Position numbers and translations under genes: made by a program. Below are positions 18,237 to 27,260 of a stretch of DNA of 64,000 nucleotides, one piece after another; position 1 is the first letter of the stretch, and every line of letters starts with the position of its first letter. The notes beneath the pieces are model-generated. The model did not search any database, was not told the DNA's origin, and saw nothing but the letters and a program-made list of their open reading frames with translations. Where the stretch lies: the sequence record PZ452582.1, one strand, 5' to 3'. The DNA is from a phage.

Positions 18237-18265
18237 TTTACAAGCATAAAGCTTTATGGTACTAT
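18237..18265 (+). promoter_or_regulatory. early promoter (TTTACA-17-TACTAT)
   Basis: GTTTAC motif; conserved ttttcacaaaac upstream and ggtactatacaactatcaa downstream. Confidence 0.65.
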
Positions 18266-18303
18266 ACAACTATCAAAACAAATGAGTAAATTGGAGATAC
18301 AAA

Positions 18304-18504
18304 ATGACTACTTTGAATAAACGTTTCGGTAAAGCTAAATCTGGTTGTGCAGCTGAACGTCGTTATGTTTTCGCTCAGTTAGAAGATGTAGAGTATCAGA
18401 TTAATCAAGTTCACATTACTGGTATCGAGCCTATGTGTGGCCTTGAAGCTCTTCGTGAAGTTCGTGACGGGTATCGTCGTGCCATCGAAGAAATGTCAAA
18501 ATAA
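18304..18504 (+). CDS. hypothetical protein (66 aa)
   Basis: SD ggag; ATG ORF. Confidence 0.5.
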   Translation: MTTLNKRFGKAKSGCAAERRYVFAQLEDVEYQINQVHITGIEPMCGLEALREVRDGYRRAIEEMSK

Positions 18505-18505
18505 G

Positions 18506-18534
18506 TATACAAACTGATAGGACTATGTTATAGT
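18506..18534 (+). promoter_or_regulatory. early promoter variant (TATACA-17-TATAGT) with inverted repeat taggacta/tagtccta around the -10
   Basis: Inverted repeat 18518-18541 flanks the -10 hexamer. Confidence 0.5.
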
Positions 18535-18561
18535 AGTCCTATCAAATCAAAGGAGAATAAA

Positions 18562-19530
18562 ATGAAAACTGTAACTATCAATAAGGGTATCTACTTCGGT
18601 AAAGAAATCTCTGGAACTTTTGAGCTCTTAGGTGAATGGTTCCCAGATAATGCTCCGGTAGATGCACAAGGAGATGGTAAAGTTTTTGTTGAAATTGACG
18701 GTAAGCGTCGCGGTGTTTGGGTTTACAAATCAGACATTTCATATGATGGTGTAAAAGTTGAAGAAGTTAAAGAATCATATGAAGATATGAAAACCCGCAT
18801 TAATAAAAGATTTAATGTTATGGGAATGATGACGAATGGTATTATTAACGGAAACATTCGTTCATTAATTATCTCGGGAGCAGCAGGTATTGGTAAAACG
18901 TATTCTTTAGATAAAGCTTTAAATAAAGCAAATGATATTGGATACATTGAATATAAAAGCATTAACGGTAAAATCTCTGGTATTGGTCTTTATGAGCAGC
19001 TTTGGAATAATCGTGAAGAGAATTCTGTCCTTTTGATTGATGATGTGGATGTTTTCTCTGATATGGACATTCTTAATCTTCTGAAAGCTGCTCTGGACAC
19101 TGGAGAGACCCGTAAAGTCTGCTGGAGCACTGCATCTTCTTACTTAGAAGAAAAAGGCATTGAGCGTGAGTTTGAATTTAAAGGAACGATTGTTTTTATC
19201 ACAAACGTTGACATTGACCGCGAATTAGACCGTGGTACTAAACTTGCTCCACATTTACAAGCATTAGTGTCCCGCTCAGTTTATTTGGATTTGGGTGTTC
19301 ACACTAATGAAGAAATTATGGTCAGGGTTGAAGATGTTATTCTTTCAACTGACATGATGCAAAAGCGCGGTCTTTCTGATGAAGAAACTTATAAAGCATT
19401 ATCATGGATGAAAGTCAATGTTAATCGTTTACGCAATGTTTCACTGCGTACTGCTCTTTATCTTGCTGACTTTATTATGACCGACAAAAACGGTTGGGAA
19501 GAAATTGCTGAGGTTACTCTTCTGAAATAA
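18562..19530 (+). CDS. AAA-type ATPase (322 aa)
   Basis: Walker A GAAGIGKT, Walker B LLIDDVD; SD aaggag. Confidence 0.7.
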   Translation: MKTVTINKGIYFGKEISGTFELLGEWFPDNAPVDAQGDGKVFVEIDGKRRGVWVYKSDISYDGVKVEEVKESYEDMKTRINKRFNVMGMMTNGIINGNIRSLIISGAAGIGKTYSLDKALNKANDIGYIEYKSINGKISGIGLYEQLWNNREENSVLLIDDVDVFSDMDILNLLKAALDTGETRKVCWSTASSYLEEKGIEREFEFKGTIVFITNVDIDRELDRGTKLAPHLQALVSRSVYLDLGVHTNEEIMVRVEDVILSTDMMQKRGLSDEETYKALSWMKVNVNRLRNVSLRTALYLADFIMTDKNGWEEIAEVTLLK

Positions 19531-19631
19531 TTCATAAGAGGACTTCTATGACAAAAAGGCAGTTCAGAAATAGATTATATGGACTGCCATTAAAAAGATG
19601 ACTAGAATTAAACTGGTGAATGGAGGTAGTG

Positions 19632-19934
19632 ATGTTATACTCAAAGGCTCGTGAAATTTATGAAACTAAAATTAAAGACGCGGTTCATCAGTTCGCAACG
19701 ACAATGCGTTGGACAAATGATTGGGAGTATTCAAAAAATCATAAGAAGCCCTTGGTGACAAGAAAGGCTCATATGTTAGTGTTAATAGACCGTGAGCAGA
19801 TTAAAGCCCGAGAAGCCCTCCAGAATCATAAAAAGGCTGCCTTTGAATGGTTTATGGATAACACTGCTCCTGAGACTAAGAAAGCAGTGAGCGCTTGGTT
19901 CAGTGGAAAAAATTGTGAAAGAAGTTTCTTTTAG
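19632..19934 (+). CDS. hypothetical protein (100 aa)
   Basis: ATG 19632 with SD ggagg; alternative ATG 19620. Confidence 0.5.
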   Translation: MLYSKAREIYETKIKDAVHQFATTMRWTNDWEYSKNHKKPLVTRKAHMLVLIDREQIKAREALQNHKKAAFEWFMDNTAPETKKAVSAWFSGKNCERSFF

Positions 19935-19937
19935 TTG

Positions 19938-19966
19938 TTTACAAGACCGTTCCTCTGTGGTACTAT
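19938..19966 (+). promoter_or_regulatory. early promoter (TTTACA-17-TACTAT)
   Basis: GTTTAC motif; same leader ggtactatacaactatcaactac. Confidence 0.6.
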
Positions 19967-19994
19967 ACAACTATCAACTACGGAGGAACACAAA

Positions 19995-20522
19995 ATGAAC
20001 GCTAAAGATATTTTCAACCTGGTAAATTACAACGATGGTAAATTTAAATCTGAAGCACAAAGCAAGTTCTTTAATGACATCTCAATCGGAGGTGAAATCA
20101 CGGTTGATGGAGGACAAATTTACAAATCCCGTTGGAATTGGATCGTTATTATCGATGAGATTGGTATTGTAGAAATTTACAAGAATACGAATAAAAATCG
20201 TACATTACACTGGTCTCGTGATACTAACGAACAGTACAAAAAGGATAAAGCATCTAAATTATCTCGTGTAACTCAAGAAGATATTGAGTTCATCAAGAAA
20301 GATATTTTGATGTATGATAAATTAATTGCTGAAGAGCAAGCTGTTATTGATAAATTTGACGAGATTAAAGCTTCTCGTGAAATTCCTGATTTTATGAAAG
20401 AATCAGTAAATGAACGATACACTCTCATTTCAGAGCGTATTGAAACTTACAAAAAGCAAAGAGCTGAACGCCAAAATACTCTTCGGAAGTTTGAAGAACG
20501 GTTAAAGACGGTACTCGCATAA
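19995..20522 (+). CDS. hypothetical protein (175 aa)
   Basis: ATG with SD ggagg; track ORF started at TTG within the promoter. Confidence 0.6.
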   Translation: MNAKDIFNLVNYNDGKFKSEAQSKFFNDISIGGEITVDGGQIYKSRWNWIVIIDEIGIVEIYKNTNKNRTLHWSRDTNEQYKKDKASKLSRVTQEDIEFIKKDILMYDKLIAEEQAVIDKFDEIKASREIPDFMKESVNERYTLISERIETYKKQRAERQNTLRKFEERLKTVLA

Positions 20523-20577
20523 CCGCTTTATACCAAGGATGGTATAATGGTTCTAAGCCCTTTTAATTGAGATTATT

Positions 20578-20985
20578 ATGAAACAGTTGATAATTAAAAG
20601 ATTGAATTTATTGATATGTTGTTTATGCGTAGTAGTTGCATATGGTTATTATGCTATTAATGATTATATGCATTATAAAGATTATGATGTTACTGTAGTT
20701 AATACCCTTACAGGAACTCAAGGAAAGGGGTCTAGTTTATCGTTTATTGCCGTATATGAACTCAAAGACGGCTATAGATTTAGCGAATATATTTCGCCAG
20801 AGATGTATTCATCAATAGAAAAAGGCGATAATATTACTGTAAGTTTACGTCCTTTCGACGTAAAACAGACATTGTTTGATAATATTGTTTGGTTCTTTGG
20901 AATGGTATTAGTTCAATCTGTGTGTGGTGCTTATATAGTCTGTTCCATCTTATTCTGTATATTTAGTAAAATTGAAATTGAGTGA
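20578..20985 (+). CDS. membrane protein (135 aa)
   Basis: N- and C-terminal hydrophobic helices. Confidence 0.55.
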   Translation: MKQLIIKRLNLLICCLCVVVAYGYYAINDYMHYKDYDVTVVNTLTGTQGKGSSLSFIAVYELKDGYRFSEYISPEMYSSIEKGDNITVSLRPFDVKQTLFDNIVWFFGMVLVQSVCGAYIVCSILFCIFSKIEIE

Positions 20986-20992
20986 GGAAAAT

Positions 20993-21880
20993 ATGTCAGT
21001 AGTAATTAATAATGTCAATGCAGTAATTAAATCTTTAGTTAATAAAAAATTGAATGAATGGATTGTACTTCGTCGTGGAGAGCCAGATAAATTTTTTCAT
21101 AGATTTAACCCAACTTTGGATTTGAATGTTATTGACAGAGATGTTCATGCTGAAATTTTAGATAAATTTAAAGTTGATATTGGGTTTGGATTAGATAAAC
21201 ATTTACAACGAACAAACGGGTCTGGAATGGGTTTATCTAATCGCATCATGAAAGCCCTTAATAAAATTGGAGCGTTGTCTCGTATTAATGCGAGTGAAAT
21301 CCTTCGCAATTATAATAAAGGATATGACCTTTATGGTCGGCTAATGCCGAAATTATCATTTGACCAAATGATCGCAGATTTGTGGGAAAATCAACGACGA
21401 TTATTAGCATTAGGCGCTCGATTAGCTAAAGGTCTAGATAAACAAATGATTTTTAAGACCAATAATACAGAAGACCTTAAATGCTTTAAATTTAGTATTC
21501 GGGGCGATGATTATTATATCAGAGCTCGCTCTACAGATTATGTTAATATGGGGCATCATCTCTGTTTAGCTTTTGAAGTTTTAAAAGAAGCCGGAACATT
21601 AGAATATTCATCTGGTGCAAAATGTCCAATTGGTTCAAGTTGTATTTTAATTTATCGCCCGGATGAATCCAGTTCAACTAAATTGCCTACAAAACCTGTA
21701 CCAGTTCGTAGTAACGAAAAACATTCTGAGCAAATTGATTATTTTAATAAGCAAATTGAAGAGCTGAATATTTCTATTCAACAATATGATGATGAAATTT
21801 TTAGACTATCTGGATTGAGTAGTAAAGCTAAATCTGAGCGTGAAAAATTAATTAAAATTGTTGATTTACTTAAATCTTAA
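20993..21880 (+). CDS. hypothetical protein with C-terminal coiled coil (295 aa), member of 4-gene tandem family
   Basis: SD gtgagga; C-terminal heptad-rich Lys/Glu segment. Confidence 0.6.
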   Translation: MSVVINNVNAVIKSLVNKKLNEWIVLRRGEPDKFFHRFNPTLDLNVIDRDVHAEILDKFKVDIGFGLDKHLQRTNGSGMGLSNRIMKALNKIGALSRINASEILRNYNKGYDLYGRLMPKLSFDQMIADLWENQRRLLALGARLAKGLDKQMIFKTNNTEDLKCFKFSIRGDDYYIRARSTDYVNMGHHLCLAFEVLKEAGTLEYSSGAKCPIGSSCILIYRPDESSSTKLPTKPVPVRSNEKHSEQIDYFNKQIEELNISIQQYDDEIFRLSGLSSKAKSEREKLIKIVDLLKS

Positions 21881-21888
21881 GGAACACT

Positions 21889-22908
21889 ATGAAAACTCGT
21901 TCTCAAATTGAAGATATGGTTCGTAATGCCAGCTATACTCGTGATGTTATGACATTTTTGTGCCAAAATAATTTAGACCCTGATAAAGTTAATCGTGATA
22001 TTCACTTTAAATATATGAATAGCAGTGAATGGTTACGTCATTTTAGTAAAGCGGGGTATATTACACAAATGACTGCTCGTGAGCAGCTCACCGATTTCTG
22101 TAAAACTATTGATTATAAAAATCCTCTGTTTGTTCAAGGTGTTGGTCAGAGTAAGGTCGATTTATCATCTGGATTTTTTAATCCAAATCATTATCGTCTT
22201 GAATGGAGATTTATTGCTCTATTCCGTAAACAATTAAAGCAAATTTTGTCGACGGCTAGTCGATTAAAAGGCTCTGATATTAACTTAAAGAATCTGAAAT
22301 TTGATGGTTATACTCTTCAGATGGAAGTAAGACCATTAAAAGAAAATAATAGAACTGCACGAATTAGCTTTAAACCTAATACAAAAAATTCTCTTTCAAT
22401 TTGTGAATGCCTTAAATCACAGTTGACAGAAGCATTTAAGTATATGGATGTTGTTGCCGCTGTTCAGTCTAAGATTTCACAGCATTTCGAACGATTTAAA
22501 TTAGACACAACAACGTATGAACTTGATATGATCGTTTCATTTAAATATGAATTTTTGAGAAAAGATGAAGTCCCGCAAGAGAAAAAGCAGGAAGTGCAAG
22601 ATAACTTAAATTTATCTAATTACTCATCAAACGATCCTAAATTTTGGATGTATAGTTCAGGTAATAAAGATGCATGGAAATTCAATAAAGTGAATTTTCT
22701 TCCTGTTGAAAATCCGAGTCTTAAACCTGTTGAAAAATGGCACGCGGATGCGATTGAGAAGTCTCTTAAGGCAGTAGATGATGAACTCGTTAAAGCGACC
22801 AATGAAGTGTTAGAAGCTGAAAAGATGCTAGAAAAAGCACAAGAAAAAGTCAAAAATCTCACGAAGCAACGTTCTAAATTGAACAATGCACTAAATGCAC
22901 TGAACTAG
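21889..22908 (+). CDS. hypothetical protein with C-terminal coiled coil (339 aa)
   Basis: Starts MKTR like 24020 ORF; C-terminal coiled coil. Confidence 0.6.
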   Translation: MKTRSQIEDMVRNASYTRDVMTFLCQNNLDPDKVNRDIHFKYMNSSEWLRHFSKAGYITQMTAREQLTDFCKTIDYKNPLFVQGVGQSKVDLSSGFFNPNHYRLEWRFIALFRKQLKQILSTASRLKGSDINLKNLKFDGYTLQMEVRPLKENNRTARISFKPNTKNSLSICECLKSQLTEAFKYMDVVAAVQSKISQHFERFKLDTTTYELDMIVSFKYEFLRKDEVPQEKKQEVQDNLNLSNYSSNDPKFWMYSSGNKDAWKFNKVNFLPVENPSLKPVEKWHADAIEKSLKAVDDELVKATNEVLEAEKMLEKAQEKVKNLTKQRSKLNNALNALN

Positions 22909-22937
22909 TTTACTTTGCCACAAGGATGTGGTATAAT
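22909..22937 (+). promoter_or_regulatory. early promoter (TTTACT-17-TATAAT)
   Basis: GTTTAC motif with consensus -10. Confidence 0.7.
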
Positions 22938-22965
22938 GTTCTTACTTTCTACTGAGGAGATTATT

Positions 22966-23967
22966 ATGACTCGTAACGAATATATCAAATCATTCAATAG
23001 CGTTATTGATGATAAAGCTATACCGATGTTTGGCCAAAATAGCGTTCTTTCTATTATCAATCAATGGCTCAATAGTGTTGATGCAGGTATTGTTTCTTCT
23101 GCTAAATTTATTCATGAAATTCGTAAAATTTCTAGCCGTGTAGATAAAGATAATATCAAGAAAACTTTTAAAGAGTCTCGTCTTCTTTCATATTTGGTTA
23201 ATCGGGATATTCTAGGTAATTTTGGGAAAGAAATTAAACGAACCAAAGATGTAGTAGGATATAATTGGTTCGGTGATGTTAATTCTTATCATCTTAATAA
23301 TAAAGAAGACCCTGAGAATATTTTTACTCGTCGTTGGATTAGTAATTTCAGACTTTTCAAAGGACAGATTCTAAAATCAGCTTCTAAATTATGTTATGGC
23401 GATTATCGTCAAATTCATCCTTTGGCTTCTGATATGATTATCATAAAAGAATATGAACTTGATAAAAATAAAGTATCTATTTTTGTGAATTATGGATTTT
23501 TTACACCAGAAACTAACCAAAAGAACATTAATAAATTTTTCTCAATTGCTAGCACTATAACTCGTCAATTAGAGACCGCATTACTTTGTATGGAAACAGT
23601 AGAAAATATTCATACATATCCTTTTAAGAATATATGCGGCTGGGAAGGATATAAAATTGTAATTAGTCTTCGTGAAGTAAAGTGCGCGTACTCACCGACT
23701 AATAAAGAAATTTACCAACAAAAATGTGAGGAAATTGTGAATACTCCTAAAGAAGAAACTACCCTTGAGGAACTAATGGATAATCTTGATGATTCGCCTG
23801 AACCGGCAGAAATTCGTCCAGAAGTTATTGCACTAGAAAAAGCTTATAAAGAAGTTCTAGAAATTTCTAATAAAGCGCAGAAAGAATATGAGCAGGCTAA
23901 AAAGATTTGGGAAGAATCCGTTAATCGTCTTGATCGTCTTGAACAAGCTTTACAGTTAATTAAGTAA
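22966..23967 (+). CDS. hypothetical protein with C-terminal coiled coil (333 aa)
   Basis: ATG with SD gaggag; track ORF began at 22915 inside the promoter. Confidence 0.6.
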   Translation: MTRNEYIKSFNSVIDDKAIPMFGQNSVLSIINQWLNSVDAGIVSSAKFIHEIRKISSRVDKDNIKKTFKESRLLSYLVNRDILGNFGKEIKRTKDVVGYNWFGDVNSYHLNNKEDPENIFTRRWISNFRLFKGQILKSASKLCYGDYRQIHPLASDMIIIKEYELDKNKVSIFVNYGFFTPETNQKNINKFFSIASTITRQLETALLCMETVENIHTYPFKNICGWEGYKIVISLREVKCAYSPTNKEIYQQKCEEIVNTPKEETTLEELMDNLDDSPEPAEIRPEVIALEKAYKEVLEISNKAQKEYEQAKKIWEESVNRLDRLEQALQLIK

Positions 23968-24019
23968 TTTAAAGCCAAGGATGGCTCGGAGTATAAACCA
24001 TTAACCAAGTGAGAAGAAT

Positions 24020-24943
24020 ATGAAAACTCGTAAACATTATATTGATTATTTTGACAGTCTTATTACTAAACACCGTAATTATCAGATCGGACACAGAGCA
24101 GTAATCAATAATATTCTTCGTGATTTTTTAGACTATATTGGATGGGAAAACCATATTTGTAAAGATACACAAAATGCGTATTCACATTCTCTTGGTTCTT
24201 TGCTCGAGTGGTTCAAACGTTCCCGATTACTATCTTCTGTGATAGCTGTTAATAATGTTAAAAAATTTATGTATCCAAGCTACATTGAGACTAATGTATC
24301 AAATGCTAATGTTGTTACATTTAATATTATTAATGACGTGAAAAGAACTTATTTAGAAGAATGGTTTTCTAAAAATAGTAAAGAAAAATTTGCTAGTGAG
24401 TTTTCACACGAATTTAATAATAATGTGAATATGCTTTTTAAGCATTCTCGTAGACTGTTTTGTCATGGCGATGACCGTACTATTAATGTAAATGTAAAAG
24501 ATTGGGTTACGGCTAAATTCATTCCATCGCAGAATGGACCAGTTGAATTGTCAATTATTGTTTGTGCTCCACATGAAATATATAAAAATCTTCCATATAT
24601 GAAACCATGCGAAGCTAATAAACATAATAAAACGATTCGTTCTTTGACTTATAATCTTCGTACGTTATTGTCTAAAATGGACGTAGTTGAATCCTTTGAT
24701 GATAATACAAATTATGGTCTTTCACTGTTTGAAACTAAAATTGTTATTAAGTTAAAGGACCCTAGTAAATTTAAACCTACACCAAAGCCCAATCATGGGA
24801 ATGATACTATGAAAGAAGAACGCGAATATCTCAGTGCTCGTTTGATTGAAGTTGAAAAACAGATTGAAGAGCATACTAAAGTTCTTAAGGCTTTAACAGC
24901 CAAAGCAAATGGTTTACGTGATGCTATTGAGGTACTGAAATGA
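24020..24943 (+). CDS. hypothetical protein with C-terminal coiled coil (307 aa)
   Basis: SD gagaag; C-terminal coiled coil. Confidence 0.6.
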   Translation: MKTRKHYIDYFDSLITKHRNYQIGHRAVINNILRDFLDYIGWENHICKDTQNAYSHSLGSLLEWFKRSRLLSSVIAVNNVKKFMYPSYIETNVSNANVVTFNIINDVKRTYLEEWFSKNSKEKFASEFSHEFNNNVNMLFKHSRRLFCHGDDRTINVNVKDWVTAKFIPSQNGPVELSIIVCAPHEIYKNLPYMKPCEANKHNKTIRSLTYNLRTLLSKMDVVESFDDNTNYGLSLFETKIVIKLKDPSKFKPTPKPNHGNDTMKEEREYLSARLIEVEKQIEEHTKVLKALTAKANGLRDAIEVLK

Positions 24944-25257
24944 AAAAGCGTTTATTAGAAGATATTGCAGCTTCAAGTAATTCCAGTCTAATTAAAATTA
25001 TTATGGCTGGTGAGGAAGATGATATGGAAATGCGTGGAAAGATTCACGGCTGCGACGATTTAGATTTTAAACCTCCAGCATGGGATGCTATTATGGCTAT
25101 GGTTGAACGACGTGAAAGAGCTTCTAAAAACGTTCCTAATTGCCCTGAGTGTGGAACTGAACAGGTGCAATTGGTCCATTGGCAGACTAATAATCTTCGT
25201 TATAAATGTCGTCATTGTAAACACCGATTTGACCGAGAAGAAAATGACAAAGCGTAA
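24940..25257 (+). CDS. zinc-ribbon protein (105 aa)
   Basis: CPECG...CRHCKH motif; ATGA overlap. Confidence 0.55.
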   Translation: MKKRLLEDIAASSNSSLIKIIMAGEEDDMEMRGKIHGCDDLDFKPPAWDAIMAMVERRERASKNVPNCPECGTEQVQLVHWQTNNLRYKCRHCKHRFDREENDKA

Positions 25258-25486
25258 AGAATATATGGAGGCTGCTGAAAAGGCAGTCCGTGAATTAGCA
25301 ATAGCTTATTATAATGAACATGGTAAATTTCCTGATAGATACAGCGTGCTTAAATCAGCTTTAACTCGTTCATATAAAAATATGCTATCAGAAGTAAGTG
25401 ATATTATATACAAACATAAAGAACAAACGGGCCAAAGTCTTGATTACGACGAGACTTTTAAACAAGTACTAGGAATTAAGGAATAA
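25244..25486 (+). CDS. hypothetical protein (80 aa)
   Basis: ATG overlapping upstream end; track ORF 25085 is a spurious N-terminal extension. Confidence 0.45.
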   Translation: MTKRKEYMEAAEKAVRELAIAYYNEHGKFPDRYSVLKSALTRSYKNMLSEVSDIIYKHKEQTGQSLDYDETFKQVLGIKE

Positions 25487-25487
25487 T

Positions 25488-25751
25488 ATGTTTAAAGTAT
25501 ATGGTTATGATAGCAACATCCATAAATGCGTGTACTGCGATAATGCAAAACGTCTTTTGACTGTGAAGAAACAGCCGTTTGAATTTATCAACATTATGCC
25601 AGAAAAAGGTGTTTTTGATGATGAGAAAATTGCTGAGCTTCTGACTAAACTAGGTCGTGATACTCAAATCGGCTTGACAATGCCTCAGGTATTTGCTCCT
25701 GATGGAAGTCATATTGGTGGATTTGACCAATTGCGAGAATATTTTAAATGA
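25488..25751 (+). CDS. nrdC: glutaredoxin/thioredoxin NrdC
   Basis: 87 aa, CVYC active site, matches recalled T4 NrdC. Confidence 0.9.
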   Translation: MFKVYGYDSNIHKCVYCDNAKRLLTVKKQPFEFINIMPEKGVFDDEKIAELLTKLGRDTQIGLTMPQVFAPDGSHIGGFDQLREYFK

Positions 25752-25963
25752 TGCTTGAAGGAACTGACTATATTCACGATTACCGCGGCAGCGCGGTATA
25801 TGTAGGTGATGAAGTTGCAGTTTACTATGGGTATGGAACTTTGATGACAGCCAAGGTTATTCAAATTAAAAATAATCGTGCTAAACTCGAAGTTTATTAT
25901 TCTAACGGCGAAAAGTCTATTTCTAAGTGGAAATACGGCGATTGCATGGTCAAACTGGGGTAA
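25748..25963 (+). CDS. hypothetical protein (71 aa)
   Basis: ATGA overlap with nrdC. Confidence 0.5.
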   Translation: MMLEGTDYIHDYRGSAVYVGDEVAVYYGYGTLMTAKVIQIKNNRAKLEVYYSNGEKSISKWKYGDCMVKLG

Positions 25964-25965
25964 AT

Positions 25966-26136
25966 ATGATATACGATATTAGTGCAGCAAGAGCTCCATC
26001 AATGGTTACTATTCCTGTTGAAGAATTAGATCGTCTTCATAAAATTGAAGAACTTCTTTGGGAAATTGAATGTGACCTGCCATCAGGATTAGAATCCTGG
26101 ATTGATTATGAAGAACTTAATAAGCTTCGGGGTTAA
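25966..26136 (+). CDS. hypothetical protein (56 aa)
   Basis: First ATG after upstream stop. Confidence 0.4.
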   Translation: MIYDISAARAPSMVTIPVEELDRLHKIEELLWEIECDLPSGLESWIDYEELNKLRG

Positions 26137-26258
26137 ACCTTGGTGGGCGGCTAGATGGGAAACTGTAGAGCCAGAGCCGGAAGAACCGGTTTACACTGAT
26201 GAAGAAACAGTATATAATGAACCAACGATAAATGACTTAATTGATATGGAGATGGGAC

Positions 26259-26744
26259 ATGATTACAGTAGATAAGTGGTTTAGAATTAATCGTGCTGAT
26301 ACAGGGCTGTGTAATTACTGGCCGGAACTTAGTGCAGGTACTGTCTTTAAAGTTCGTGAACTTGCAAAAGAATGTGAAGATGATATAGAGCCTGACACTG
26401 GAATTATTGAAATTGAACTTTCTGATGGAAAAATTATTAACATCTACGATAAGCCAATTACGTATTGGTGCTTGTGGAATACTGAATCAGTCGAAAATGG
26501 CGAAATTGAAGAAGTTGTAGAGCGAACTAATCAAGTTGTTCAGAAGCCTAAAGCCGATTTTCAAGGTGAACGTATTTCATACGCATTAGCTAAATTAGCT
26601 GCACAAGAAAATAACGATGGCTATGAAGGAAATTTGATGCAAGCTGCGGCAGAATATATTGAATGGCTTGAAACCCAAATTTCTTTTTCTGACCAAAAGA
26701 TTCGGCAATATAAGCGATTGAATCAAATGTTTTACAATACTTGA
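26259..26744 (+). CDS. pin: hypothetical protein at the T4 pin position (161 aa)
   Basis: Position between nrdC and gene 49; size matches T4 Pin; no diagnostic motif. Confidence 0.45.
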   Translation: MITVDKWFRINRADTGLCNYWPELSAGTVFKVRELAKECEDDIEPDTGIIEIELSDGKIINIYDKPITYWCLWNTESVENGEIEEVVERTNQVVQKPKADFQGERISYALAKLAAQENNDGYEGNLMQAAAEYIEWLETQISFSDQKIRQYKRLNQMFYNT

Positions 26745-26755
26745 AAATAATAAAT

Positions 26756-26783
26756 ACCCTTATCTATTTAAGGTAAGGGTTTT
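26756..26783 (+). terminator. hairpin, weak intrinsic terminator
   Basis: accctta-(11 nt loop)-taagggt followed by TTT. Confidence 0.5.
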
Positions 26784-26786
26784 ATT

Positions 26787-27260
26787 ATGTTATTGACTGG
26801 CAAATTATACAAAGAAGAAAAACAGAAATTTTATGATGCACAAAATGGTAAATGCTTAATTTGCCAACGAGAACTAAATCCTGACGTTCAAGCTAATCAC
26901 CTCGACCATGACCATGAATTAAATGGACCAAAAGCAGGAAAGGTACGTGGATTGCTTTGTAATCTCTGCAATGCCGCAGAAGGTCAAATGAAGCATAAAT
27001 TTAATCGTTCTGGCTTAAAGGGACAGGGTGTTGATTATCTTGAATGGTTAGAAAATTTACTTACTTATTTAAAATCCGATTACACCCAAAATAATATTCA
27101 CCCTAACTTTGTTGGAGATAAATCAAAGGAATTTTCTCGTTTAGGAAAAGAGGAAATGATGGCTGAGATGCTTCAAAGAGGATTTGAATATAATGAATCT
27201 GACACTAAAACACAATTAATAGCTTCATTTAAGAAGCAGCTTAGAAAGAGTTTAAAATGA
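26787..27260 (+). CDS. 49: endonuclease VII (Holliday junction resolvase)
   Basis: 157 aa; zinc-binding CLICQ...CNLC; matches recalled T4 gp49. Confidence 0.95.
   Translation: MLLTGKLYKEEKQKFYDAQNGKCLICQRELNPDVQANHLDHDHELNGPKAGKVRGLLCNLCNAAEGQMKHKFNRSGLKGQGVDYLEWLENLLTYLKSDYTQNNIHPNFVGDKSKEFSRLGKEEMMAEMLQRGFEYNESDTKTQLIASFKKQLRKSLK

Noticed and set aside
22915-22965. Track ORF start inside the promoter upstream of the 22966 gene
   Set aside because: The start codon would lie within the -35/-10 region; the downstream ATG with SD gaggag is the plausible start. The same applies to track starts at 14677, 19935, 41224, 46302 and 3236.
25085-25243. Long N-terminal extension of track ORF 25085-25486
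   Set aside because: Lies in an alternative frame over the upstream zinc-ribbon gene with a hydrophobic nonsense-like product; ATG 25244 gives a compact coupled gene.
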